Positions 19,417 through 29,003 of a DNA stretch of 64,000 nt are shown here, piece after piece. Origin of the DNA: Salinivirgaceae bacterium (GTDB taxonomy: Bacteria; Bacteroidota; Bacteroidia; Bacteroidales; SZUA-534); assembly GCA_024405635.1 (NCBI GenBank), contig JAKSOL010000001.1, positions 182,082 to 246,081 on the forward strand, given 5' to 3'. Positions within the stretch are counted from its first letter, which is position 1; each line of letters starts with the position of its first letter. The notes beneath the pieces were generated by a model. That model saw nothing but the letters and a program-made list of their open reading frames with translations, was not told where the DNA came from and did not search any database. The position numbers and the translations under genes are program-made.

Positions 19417-20166
19417 CTAACGGCCAAGCAAACTTAGTACGCCATTGATAAAAGCCAAAGGATGCACAGGGTTGCCTGGAATATAAAGGTCCACTTTGTG
19501 GTTTGCAAGAAACGAGCGGTCGAGAGCTGGGCTATCGGCAAAAATACCACCACTAATGGCATCAACGCCAGCTAAAATCAATAGTTTTGGATCGGGTGTT
19601 GCATCAAAACATATTTCAAGAGCTTCGGCCATGTTTTTACTTATTGGGCCCGTAACAACAATGCCATCGGCATGGCGAGGTGAGGCAACAAAATCGATAC
19701 CAAAACGTCCCATGTCAAAGTTTACGTTGCTAGTTGCGTTAAGTTCCCACTCGCAGCTGTTGTCGCCAGCGGCTGATACCTCGCGCAATTTTAGCGAGCG
19801 ACCATAAATGCGGCGAATCTCGGCACGTACTTTATCGGCATCAACCAAAATTGGGCTGTCGTTGCCTTCGGTTACAATAAGGTTCTCGCGAATGTTTGAG
19901 CCCATTTTGTAATCTTTAGTGAATTTGATTTTTTCGGGGCAAGCAAAAGCGCACTCGCCGCAAAATGTGCAACGGCCAAGGTCGATGCGCAAAGGCGAAC
20001 CGCTGATGGCGCCGGTTGGACACAAATCGATAAGCGATTTTTCGTCGCAAGGAGCATTAGATATGACAGGGCGTCCACGAAAAACGCCAGGAACATCGGT
20101 TGTTTTAACATCTGGAATAAATTGTTTTCCCTGATGTATTAATATCTTCATATTATCGAATATCAT
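19417..20166 (-). CDS. Ehr small subunit: ferredoxin-like domain fused to a NuoB/HycG-like domain with degenerate Fe-S ligands
   Basis: LCPTGAI...CTFCGECAFACP, RFGIDFVASPRHADGIVVTGP, DPKL and DLYIPGNP. Confidence 0.85.
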   Translation of the reverse strand: MIFDNMKILIHQGKQFIPDVKTTDVPGVFRGRPVISNAPCDEKSLIDLCPTGAISGSPLRIDLGRCTFCGECAFACPEKIKFTKDYKMGSNIRENLIVTEGNDSPILVDADKVRAEIRRIYGRSLKLREVSAAGDNSCEWELNATSNVNFDMGRFGIDFVASPRHADGIVVTGPISKNMAEALEICFDATPDPKLLILAGVDAISGGIFADSPALDRSFLANHKVDLYIPGNPVHPLAFINGVLSLLGR

Positions 20167-20203
20167 AACTGGTAGATATTTAGTTGTTTATTCGTCAGTT
20201 ATA

Positions 20204-21703
20204 TTAAAGGTCGTGACCGCTATATGATAGGTCGAAACTTTTGTTGCAGATTGGGAAATCGGAAATCTCGTTATTGCGAACAGCTAATGCCAATCCAAGC
20301 CAGTTGTGGAACGATGGGTCTTTAACCTTGTAGTGGGTCAAATCGCCGTCGGGGCCGGTAATTGCGCAATGGCAAATTTCGCCACGCCAACCTTCAACCA
20401 ACGAAACCACAAACGAGTTTGGTTCTGCCTTGTCAAGTGTTGTGGCTGGTTTGTGGTCGTATGGCATTGTGCTTAAGATGTCGTTCATCATGTCAATTGA
20501 GCGAAGAATTTCGTCGTAACGGATGCGAGCGCGGCAATAAACGTCGCCAACAGGTTCTAACACAGGTTTGTAGTCAATGTTAGCATAGTGGCCAAATGGG
20601 TGAGATGCTCTAATATCGCGAACTATGTTGCTTGCGCGAGCAGCCATTCCAACCATACCTATTTGGTGTGCCACAGCAGGCGACACAATGCCAGTGCGTT
20701 CAATACGCGACAATACCGAAGGCAAATCAAATGTTTGCTCGGCCATTTCAACAAAGTGAGGTTTGTAGGCTGATATCATCTCTTTCCATTGTGCTGCAAG
20801 GTCGTTGGTGAAAGGGAAGTTGGTTTTGCCAGGGCGAATAAGACCCTTTGCAAAACGGTTGCCTGCCCAACGTTGGAAATAGTTGATGACTGGTGTGCGC
20901 AAGCGTCCAAATACCGAGTTACCAAGTTGATATGCAATGTCGGTGCAGATGCCGCTCAAATCGCCAGTATGTATTGCAATGCGTTCATTTTCAATAGCAA
21001 ACGCACGTTCCATTTGCAATTGTTTATCGGCAGTGAAACCGCAAAGGCTTTCCCAAGCGTTGGCAAAAGCTACCGAATGACCAACAGTTGTATCGCCTGT
21101 AATGTTTTCGGCCAATGTTGCTCGTTGTAGCAGTTTTTTCTTCTCAATCATCAAGGTCTCAAGTCCGCGGTGCTGATAGCCAAGTTGAATTTCAAGATGC
21201 AGAATTTGCTCGCCATTGCAAATAAAGCGGAAGTGTCCGGGCTCAATTATTCCGGCGTGTATTGGACCTACACCAACTTCGTGAAGTTCTTCGCTATCGA
21301 TTTGGTAAAATGGGTAATTAACCATTGTTTGCGACTTGTCGGCAGCATTGTATGGGTAGCGAACAGGTTTTAGCCAAGGGTGCCCATCGAAGTTGATTCC
21401 AAAATTCTCGTGAATCTCGCGCTCAAACAAATGGAACGACATGTATTTAGCCGTTATTGACTGTAGAGTGTCGGTTTTGCTCACAACCGATGAAAGTACA
21501 TTGATGCTTGCTGAAGCATCGTCGGCTATGCAACACAAAAGTTGAACATTGTTTTCTGCAGGAATGCCAAAATAGCTAACGCAATGGGCTTCTGGCTTTT
21601 CCATTAGCTGGTTGGTAACTACATTGAAGAAGTCGGCGTAAGCCAAAACTGGAATTTCGGCAAACTTAATGCGCTGATTGTTTTTTATGCTAATAAAGTC
21701 CAT
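20204..21703 (-). CDS. Ehr large subunit (NuoC+NuoD / HycE-like) lacking NiFe-binding CxxC motifs
   Basis: FEREIHENFGI..GHPWLKPVR, VGPIHAGIIEPGHFRF, GYQHRGLE, VEGWRGE, DPSFHNW and a C-terminal FPICNKSFDLSYSGHDL. Confidence 0.88.
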   Translation of the reverse strand: MDFISIKNNQRIKFAEIPVLAYADFFNVVTNQLMEKPEAHCVSYFGIPAENNVQLLCCIADDASASINVLSSVVSKTDTLQSITAKYMSFHLFEREIHENFGINFDGHPWLKPVRYPYNAADKSQTMVNYPFYQIDSEELHEVGVGPIHAGIIEPGHFRFICNGEQILHLEIQLGYQHRGLETLMIEKKKLLQRATLAENITGDTTVGHSVAFANAWESLCGFTADKQLQMERAFAIENERIAIHTGDLSGICTDIAYQLGNSVFGRLRTPVINYFQRWAGNRFAKGLIRPGKTNFPFTNDLAAQWKEMISAYKPHFVEMAEQTFDLPSVLSRIERTGIVSPAVAHQIGMVGMAARASNIVRDIRASHPFGHYANIDYKPVLEPVGDVYCRARIRYDEILRSIDMMNDILSTMPYDHKPATTLDKAEPNSFVVSLVEGWRGEICHCAITGPDGDLTHYKVKDPSFHNWLGLALAVRNNEISDFPICNKSFDLSYSGHDL

Positions 21704-21707
21704 TGCA

Positions 21708-23135
21708 TTAAAGAGTTAATAGTTGAACGGCTTCATTTATCAAGTTCACAAAGAAATCGGGTGGGCAAATGCCAAGGTAAACAGTTAGTAGCAAAAGAAT
21801 GTATTGCGAAACTGTTTCAACACAACTTGGTTTTGTAATGTTGCTTGCGTCAAAGCCATCAACAGGTGTAAAGAGCATTTTGAAGATGTTTTTGCCAAGC
21901 GCCCAAATGATAAATGTGAGCATTATTAGTACTGGTACCAAAACATAAATGTAGTTGGCAGCAAATAGCGATTTAAACACAAGAAACTCGCTGACAAACA
22001 AGCCTGAAGGTGGCATGGCTGTTACACACACAAAGGCGAGCAAAAGAAATACAGCGCCGGGTGTGTTGTATGTGAAATAGTTGCCTATTTGATATATGTC
22101 TTTGGTTTTGAAAACCATATACAAATGTCCAATTTGCATGAATAGCGATGACTTAGCAAAAGTGTGAAGCACTAAATGAAGAATGGCTGCATAGTAGCCA
22201 ATTCCACCAGCTGCAAGACCAAGTGCCACAACGCCCATGTGCTCAATACTTGAGTAGGCCAACATGCGTTTCACATTCTTAACCTTAAGCAGATAAACGG
22301 TTGCTACAAAAATTGATAGCACTGCCGAAATTATCATTACGTGACTTGCCCACGATTGAACTTGTGTATGAGTAAGAATTTGGTAGAAACGGAATACTCC
22401 AACAAATCCCACGTTCATAAGAACGCTTGAGAATAGTCCAGCTGCTGGAGTTGGTGCCTTGTCTTTGGCATCGATACCTGCTGTGTACATTGGAACTAGA
22501 CCAAACTTGGCTGTGTAGCCCGAAAAGATGAACACAAAGGCAAGTTTGAGCCAAAAGGTGTCAAGCTTTGGTGCAATTTGTGTCAACGAATCATAGGTAA
22601 GGTTTGTTTCTGCAACACTGCCTAGTGCAATACTGAGGAACAAAATGCCGATGAACACAAACACAAGGCTTATTGAGCAAACAAAAATGTATTTCCATGT
22701 AGCCTCAATTGAACCAGCGCTACGTCGGTGATAAACCAATGCAGAAGCACTTAAGGTTGTTATCTCAACAAAAATCCAAGTAACTGCAATGTGCGACGAT
22801 AGGTAAGCCATCGATAGCGCCATTACCAACAACACCATTGCGCCATAGTATATGCCGCGTGTACGAGGGGTTTCGGTTTCGGCATAAATGTAATCGTAGC
22901 GGTGGAATAGGGCAGGAATGCTTACAATGGTTAAAACTAACAAAAGCAACAAACCCAGTGAGTCCATTTTGAAATACAACAAGTTTTCGCCTTTTGCCAT
23001 AAACGACATGTAGGTAAAAGCGCACTGCAATACCACAAACAAGGCAACCATTGCATTGTTTAGAGACTTGTTTTTGTTGGCAAACAAAAGTAACGCCAAC
23101 ACAAGCGAAATAACGAAATATGCTATTACTGTCAT
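21708..23135 (-). CDS. HyfF-like proton-translocating antiporter-type subunit of the Ehr complex
   Basis: WIFVEITTL, EATWKY, KFGLVPM, KRMLAYSSIEHMG and PPSGLFVSE. Confidence 0.85.
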   Translation of the reverse strand: MTVIAYFVISLVLALLLFANKNKSLNNAMVALFVVLQCAFTYMSFMAKGENLLYFKMDSLGLLLLLVLTIVSIPALFHRYDYIYAETETPRTRGIYYGAMVLLVMALSMAYLSSHIAVTWIFVEITTLSASALVYHRRSAGSIEATWKYIFVCSISLVFVFIGILFLSIALGSVAETNLTYDSLTQIAPKLDTFWLKLAFVFIFSGYTAKFGLVPMYTAGIDAKDKAPTPAAGLFSSVLMNVGFVGVFRFYQILTHTQVQSWASHVMIISAVLSIFVATVYLLKVKNVKRMLAYSSIEHMGVVALGLAAGGIGYYAAILHLVLHTFAKSSLFMQIGHLYMVFKTKDIYQIGNYFTYNTPGAVFLLLAFVCVTAMPPSGLFVSEFLVFKSLFAANYIYVLVPVLIMLTFIIWALGKNIFKMLFTPVDGFDASNITKPSCVETVSQYILLLLTVYLGICPPDFFVNLINEAVQLLTL

Positions 23136-23148
23136 AACTTCAATACGT

Positions 23149-23778
23149 TTAATCTTTCAAACTACTCAATTGGTTTACATCGCCATCGTTTATTACGTTA
23201 CCCACCTTGTTAATGAAGATGCCAAGAAGGAATACGCTTACAAACACATCGAGCAATACACCAAGGTTAACCAAAAGTGGCATTTCGTTGCCCACTGCAA
23301 GCGACAAGATGAATACACCGTTCTCAATAAGTACGTAACAAATAACATGGGTAATAATCTTTTTGCGGGTAACTATTAAGAATAGTCCGCAGAAAAGTGC
23401 CGACAACGCAGTAACAAAATATATCTTGTTTAGATGTACTGCCTCAATCAAGTTCGACAATACGAATGTTAGCACAATAATCATTGTTGTAACAAGCAAC
23501 GATACAAAGTAAGGTACAAATGGTTCGGCCTCACGTTTTATCTTGTTTTTCTTTATTACATAACGAATGAAAAGTGGAAGAACAATGGCTTTTACAATCA
23601 AGGTCTCAAGAATGATGAACGCAAAGTTGAGCACGTTCATATCGTGTAACTCAAGTAATGCCACAAGCATTAGCAACACACCTTGAAACGATAAAATCGA
23701 CAAGTACGTCATCAACCTGTTGGCAATTGAAAAGTACAACAGCGTGATGGCAAAGATTATCAGAAGTATATTGGTCAT
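23149..23778 (-). CDS. HyfE-like membrane subunit of the Ehr complex
   Basis: QG in TM2, KAIVLP, YVLIENG, MPLLVNLGVLLD and LSSLKD at the end. Confidence 0.82.
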   Translation of the reverse strand: MTNILLIIFAITLLYFSIANRLMTYLSILSFQGVLLMLVALLELHDMNVLNFAFIILETLIVKAIVLPLFIRYVIKKNKIKREAEPFVPYFVSLLVTTMIIVLTFVLSNLIEAVHLNKIYFVTALSALFCGLFLIVTRKKIITHVICYVLIENGVFILSLAVGNEMPLLVNLGVLLDVFVSVFLLGIFINKVGNVINDGDVNQLSSLKD

Positions 23779-23808
23779 CTTAATTAATTTTGATTCGTTT
23801 TCAAATAA

Positions 23809-24699
23809 TTAGCTCATTAGTACTCCAAAGAGCATTAGCAATGCCAACGATGATAGCGCAAGTATGAATTGCGCATTGTTGCCCATGCGGAAGCGAGCCA
23901 TAAACGACTCGATGATACCAGCCACAATGGCAAGCAAAAATTGTATGCCGAAGAATACTGGAATTGAAACGTATAGCGGCCAGTTGCCAATAAATAGGTT
24001 GGCTATGAGTGCTCCATACATTGCAAACTTGAGGTTGGTGGCTTGCAAAATAAGTCCAAGGTCAAAACCGCTATTGTCCAAAATCATCACCTCGTGAATC
24101 ATTGTCAACTCAAGGTGAGTTTTTGGGTCGTCAATAGGCATGCGGCTGTTTTCAATCATACATATCATAATGAGCACAAAACACGCAATGGTAACAAGCG
24201 CATACGAAAGGTACGAGCCAATGTGCAGATTCATAAATATGTCGTGAAACGAGGTGTTGCCTGTTAAAAGACCAAGCGAGCCCATAAGAATGAAGAACGC
24301 AGGCTCGGCAAGCATTGAGAAAAGCGCCTCGCGGCTAGCTCCCATGCCCTCAAAACTGCTGCCAGTGTCGAGCGCTGCTATTATGCTAAAAAACTTGCCC
24401 AATGCCAAAACGTAGGCAAAAAACACAAAGTCGCACGAAAACGACACCAAACCTTTTTGCGATCCTAGCGGAACAACCATCATTGCCGCAAGTATTGATG
24501 CAAAATAGATTGATGGTGCAATTTGGAAAATATCGCTTGATGTGTTGCTATATACAGCACCTTTGCGCAACGACCTCCAAATGTCTTTCATTGGCTGCAT
24601 TATGCCTGGCCCCTTTCGCCCCGATGCAAGGCTCTTGGTGCGAACAACAATACCTGTGAAAAACAAGCTTGCAATGAAAATTAGTACAAAACTCAACAT
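23809..24699 (-). CDS. HyfC/HycD/NuoH-like membrane subunit of the Ehr complex
   Basis: GRKGPGIMQP, LDTGSSFEGMGASRE, ENSRMPIDDP and ELTMIHE. Confidence 0.88.
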   Translation of the reverse strand: MLSFVLIFIASLFFTGIVVRTKSLASGRKGPGIMQPMKDIWRSLRKGAVYSNTSSDIFQIAPSIYFASILAAMMVVPLGSQKGLVSFSCDFVFFAYVLALGKFFSIIAALDTGSSFEGMGASREALFSMLAEPAFFILMGSLGLLTGNTSFHDIFMNLHIGSYLSYALVTIACFVLIMICMIENSRMPIDDPKTHLELTMIHEVMILDNSGFDLGLILQATNLKFAMYGALIANLFIGNWPLYVSIPVFFGIQFLLAIVAGIIESFMARFRMGNNAQFILALSSLALLMLFGVLMS

Positions 24700-24701
24700 T
24701 A

Positions 24702-26723
24702 CTATAATGTATTTAGATAATTGATAAACAATCTGATAAGCTTAAACATAAATGGAACGCCAGCAATGAGTATGATGAAGAACATTCCGTAGAATATGTA
24801 GAACTGTAAACGGCCGTTTTGCATGATTGAAAAATGACTCAAAAGTCGTCTAATCATGCGCAAAGGTTTAATAATTAAACCTGTTTCGGTGCGGTCAAGG
24901 GCTTCGGTTGCATACTCGGCTTTGCCGGGGAATATGCCTTCTACATCAATCTTGCGTTTTTTAACTTGTAAAACCGATTTTGCCAAACGTCGGTAACTTC
25001 TTACAAACGAACTTGCTGTGTATTGAATTTTGGGAGTAGGGGCCAAATAACCACAACCCCATGTTTCGCCTTTCGATTCGGGCAAATGCGATGTAAACCA
25101 ACGGCGTAGGCCATAAACAACTGCAGCAATGCCGATAAACACCAGCATGTAGATGCCAATTGCACTGAGAGTAGTAACCGCCTGAAATGATTCGCCAGTA
25201 GCATTATTGCCAACAAACTGTTGCAATGCGCCATTAAGCGCACCAATAAAGAACTTTGGTGCAATACCTATGGCTACAATCATGCCTCCTGCCATATACA
25301 TTGGAAACAAACGTACAAATCCAAATTCTTTAGGCTCGCTGTGAAGTTTTGCGCGTGGTTGTCCAAGGAAAATTGTTCCAAAGGCTTTGGTGAAGCACAT
25401 TATGGCCAATCCGCCTATTAGCGCCAAACCTGCCATTGATAATGCCAAAGCAACTGTTCGGCCCGAACCTTGAATGCTGTTGATGCCATCAAACAAACCA
25501 TTGTATATCAAGAATTCTGATACAAAACCATTGAAAGGTGGCAGTCCGCAAATAGCAAGACTTGCCAAAAGAAAGAGCATTGCAGTTTGTGGCATTTTAC
25601 GTATAAGTCCGCCAAAGTGTTCAATGTCCATGCAATGTGTGGCTTGATATACATTGCCAGCACCGTAGAAAAGTAGCGATTTGAATAGTGAGTGGTTGAG
25701 AACGTGAAGCAATGCGCCTGCAAAACCAATTATTGCCAACGAATTATTGTTGCAACCAAGAGCAATACATCCAACTCCAATGCCAATACCAATAATGCCA
25801 ATGTTTTCAACACTATGGTAAGCCAAAAGTCGTTTCAAATTATGCTGAATAATGGCAAGCATCACACCATAAATTCCTGTTACAACTGAAATGATAAGGA
25901 TGAAAAATCCCATAACCATATAGTTGACATTGATAATGAGCAACATGCGCATTATTCCGTATATGCCTATTTTGATTAGTACACCCGACATCATGCCCGA
26001 AACGTGCGATGGTGCAGCTGGATGTGCATGTGGCAACCAAGTGTGGAAGGGTACAAAACCTGCTTTGAAGGCAAAACCAACAAAAAATAAAAGCATCAGC
26101 CCTAAACTAGCCAAACGCGATTGTTGACTAACAAACTGCATTATGCCATCAAACGAGTAAGTGCCCGATACTATGGCTACCCAAATGAATGCCACTGTAA
26201 GTAAAAGAATGGCCAAATGCGACTGAATTAAATAGTTGATTCCCGCACGAATGGTGCGAACTTTTTCTCGTTCAAAAATCACAAGGAAGAATGCTCCAAG
26301 TGCCATAATCTCCCACGAAATGAGAAATCCAATGCTGTTGCGCATTGCACAAACCGACATCAGTCCCGCATGAACTAGTAAATAACATATCCAATGCAAA
26401 CTCAGTTCATTGCGGCTATCGGCATAGGCATTCATGTACTGCTGTCCGTAAATAACGCTTGTTATCATTGTGAAACTAATGACAAGCATAAACCACGCCG
26501 ACAATGGATCTATCTCCATGCCGATTGGTCCTGTTACATACGAACCTGCAAAATTGTATGTGTGTGTGTTTCCTATTAGTGCGTCAACCGCTGGTACTGC
26601 ACTTATTGCCGCCATTGCAACTATTCCGTAAATAGCAACAATTCCCTTTGTGCGAGGTGCAACAATGCTCACAACAACTGCTGCGAGCAACAAAACCAAC
26701 AAGTAAACGCCTACAAGCATCAT
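24702..26723 (-). CDS. HyfB/HycC-like antiporter-type subunit (second paralogue)
   Basis: SWEIM, KAGFVPFHTWLPHAHPAAPSHVSG, KRLLAYHSVENIG, LPPFNGFVSE and TWGCGY. Confidence 0.88.
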   Translation of the reverse strand: MMLVGVYLLVLLLAAVVVSIVAPRTKGIVAIYGIVAMAAISAVPAVDALIGNTHTYNFAGSYVTGPIGMEIDPLSAWFMLVISFTMITSVIYGQQYMNAYADSRNELSLHWICYLLVHAGLMSVCAMRNSIGFLISWEIMALGAFFLVIFEREKVRTIRAGINYLIQSHLAILLLTVAFIWVAIVSGTYSFDGIMQFVSQQSRLASLGLMLLFFVGFAFKAGFVPFHTWLPHAHPAAPSHVSGMMSGVLIKIGIYGIMRMLLIINVNYMVMGFFILIISVVTGIYGVMLAIIQHNLKRLLAYHSVENIGIIGIGIGVGCIALGCNNNSLAIIGFAGALLHVLNHSLFKSLLFYGAGNVYQATHCMDIEHFGGLIRKMPQTAMLFLLASLAICGLPPFNGFVSEFLIYNGLFDGINSIQGSGRTVALALSMAGLALIGGLAIMCFTKAFGTIFLGQPRAKLHSEPKEFGFVRLFPMYMAGGMIVAIGIAPKFFIGALNGALQQFVGNNATGESFQAVTTLSAIGIYMLVFIGIAAVVYGLRRWFTSHLPESKGETWGCGYLAPTPKIQYTASSFVRSYRRLAKSVLQVKKRKIDVEGIFPGKAEYATEALDRTETGLIIKPLRMIRRLLSHFSIMQNGRLQFYIFYGMFFIILIAGVPFMFKLIRLFINYLNTL

Positions 26724-26724
26724 A

Positions 26725-28707
26725 CTATAGCCAATTGAATAATGAGCAAATTAATACCGCAATAACAAAACCAAGTCCGTACAAAATGTATTGTTGAAGT
26801 TGTCCGTTTTGAATAAACTGAAACTTGTTAAGCAATTCAACCCACTTTGTTAAAATGCCATTGAAAATGCGAATCTCAAAGAAATCGGAGTAGTGCGAAA
26901 CATATTGGCGTTCTTTTGGAAATACTTCACCCTCAACAAGTTCGTCATATTCTTTCTTCTCAACCAATACGCCACCCAATAACTTGCCAAGTGTTTTTGA
27001 ATATGACTTTCCAGTGTATTGAATGCTCGATTTAGGTGCAAGGTATCCGCAGCCCCATGTTGGACCAACCGACGATGGTTGACGTGATGTGAGCCAAAAA
27101 CGAATGGCCAAAACCACTCCAATTATGCCCAAGAACAACAAAGAGTAACGACCTATTGATGTCATTGCTCCAACAACACCAACTGGAACCGCTGCAACTT
27201 GCGCCCCAATTAATGTTGACACAACTTGTTGTGCCGCACCAATATAAAACGAAGGTACCAAAGCAACGCTCATCATTACCACTATAATAATATATTGTGG
27301 TAAGCGCATCAAAATTGGAACTTCAACTGGCTCGCTATGCAGATGCGAACGGCGTTGACCAAGAAATATAACGCCAAAGCACTTTGTGAATGCCATTACC
27401 GATGCTCCTCCAATAATTGAAAGCGTTGCAATGGAAAGAATCATCATTATTGAATGTAGCATTCCTGCGTTGTTCAAACCGTAAAATAGTCCCGAATAAA
27501 TAACAAATTCCGACACAAATCCGTTGAATGGTGGCATGCCGCCAATGGCAAGCGCTCCAATAAGAAATATAAAGGCCGACTTTGGCATTTGCTTAATAAG
27601 TCCGCCAAGTTTTTCCATGTCGCGGGTGTGTGTCTGCTGATAAATTGAGCCCGACGTAAAGAACAAAAGTGATTTGAAAAGCGAGTGGTTTAGTACGTGC
27701 AATAATGCGCCCACAAAACCAATCATTGTAATAATTGGATTTTGAAGCCCAAGACCAATAAGTCCAAGTCCAAGACCAATGCCTATAATACCAATATTCT
27801 CAATAGTGCAATAAGCCAACACTCGTTTAAAATCGCGGTGTACAGCCGAGTTTACAATTCCAAAAATGCCAGTGAGCAACGATATTGATAAAAGAACTTT
27901 GCCAATTAGCATATAGTCGGTCTGAAGATACGCTATCACTCTAATTATTCCGTAGATGCCCATCTTGACAATCACACCCGACATAACACCCGAAACGTGC
28001 GAAGGGGCAGCAGGGTGAGCGTGTGGCAACCATGAGTGCAATGGAATAAAACCTGCTTTTATGCCAAAACCGATAAACAAAAGCAAGAATAACCAAACGT
28101 TGCTATTGCCTGCAAAGAATGTTCCTATTGCAGACATATCAAGCGAACCGGTTTTTAAATACACCCAAATGAAAGCAACAGTTAAAAATGCCACACCCAA
28201 GTGCATTTGTATCATATAGTTCAAACCTACTTTTTGTGTGTCTTCGCGCTCGCTTTCAAACATCACTAGCAACAGCGATGATAAAGACATTAATTCCCAA
28301 GCTACAAGAAACGCCAACATGTTTTGCAACATGCACACCCACAACATCGACGATTGAAACACCATAAAATAAATCCAATGCAGTGTCAATGCGCTCTTGC
28401 GTTCGCTGTATGCACGCATGTAACCAATGCCGTAGGCTGCACCTGTCAAGCATGTAAAATTTACAATCAAAATAAACCAAGCCGACAAAGCATCAACACG
28501 AACAGCAACATCACCAAAAATTGGTAATGTGGCCACGATATTGTCAATTGGATTGCCAAGCAAAACTCCAACTGCTGCCATTGAGCTGAATACGCCAACG
28601 GCAAAAACGGCTAACAGATTGAGCCACGGCTTGATACGTGATGGCGCTAACGATACAAACAATATGCCTAATACCAACGCTAATGCCGAAAAAATAATGT
28701 CTGTCAT
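26725..28707 (-). CDS. HyfB/HycC-like antiporter-type subunit (first paralogue)
   Basis: AWELM, KAGFIPLHSWLPHAHPAAPSHVSG, KRVLAYCTIENIG, PPFNGFVSE and TWGCGY. Confidence 0.88.
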   Translation of the reverse strand: MTDIIFSALALVLGILFVSLAPSRIKPWLNLLAVFAVGVFSSMAAVGVLLGNPIDNIVATLPIFGDVAVRVDALSAWFILIVNFTCLTGAAYGIGYMRAYSERKSALTLHWIYFMVFQSSMLWVCMLQNMLAFLVAWELMSLSSLLLVMFESEREDTQKVGLNYMIQMHLGVAFLTVAFIWVYLKTGSLDMSAIGTFFAGNSNVWLFLLLFIGFGIKAGFIPLHSWLPHAHPAAPSHVSGVMSGVIVKMGIYGIIRVIAYLQTDYMLIGKVLLSISLLTGIFGIVNSAVHRDFKRVLAYCTIENIGIIGIGLGLGLIGLGLQNPIITMIGFVGALLHVLNHSLFKSLLFFTSGSIYQQTHTRDMEKLGGLIKQMPKSAFIFLIGALAIGGMPPFNGFVSEFVIYSGLFYGLNNAGMLHSIMMILSIATLSIIGGASVMAFTKCFGVIFLGQRRSHLHSEPVEVPILMRLPQYIIIVVMMSVALVPSFYIGAAQQVVSTLIGAQVAAVPVGVVGAMTSIGRYSLLFLGIIGVVLAIRFWLTSRQPSSVGPTWGCGYLAPKSSIQYTGKSYSKTLGKLLGGVLVEKKEYDELVEGEVFPKERQYVSHYSDFFEIRIFNGILTKWVELLNKFQFIQNGQLQQYILYGLGFVIAVLICSLFNWL

Positions 28708-28737
28708 AGATACTTATACCTCCCGAAAAAGAAAGCG

Positions 28738-28745
28738 CAAAAGTA
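28738..28745 (-). promoter_or_regulatory. -7 promoter element for the Ehr operon
   Basis: Minus-strand TACTTTTG, 30 nt before the first ATG. Confidence 0.5.
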
Positions 28746-29003
28746 TAGATTATGCAGCTAAATTGTACCGAAAATAATGCTAAAAATTTAGGCTTTTTCA
28801 ACGGCATTTTCAAAGCCCAAAACTCATTGGCTTTTTGTGACTTCTGAACTTGTATGAACTGCCTTTTTGATACTTTAAATTTATCGCTTAACATGTTCAA
28901 TTTAATCAAGCTTGCAATTGTTAAAAAACCGTGAAAAAATGGAACATATTCCTACCGTTGGTCAGCACTTTTAGGCTTTATTTTGCATTAAATGACTAAT
29001 TGT

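Noticed and set aside
19417-28707. Calling the operon a NiFe hydrogenase-4/formate hydrogenlyase or complex I
   Set aside because: Both large-subunit CxxC motifs are absent, no maturases are present, and the subunit set is Hyf-like rather than NuoA-N.
24702-28707. Shared nucleotide stretches between the two hyfB-like genes as an assembly artefact or recombination cassette
   Set aside because: The paralogues are diverged throughout, and identity is limited to conserved motifs.
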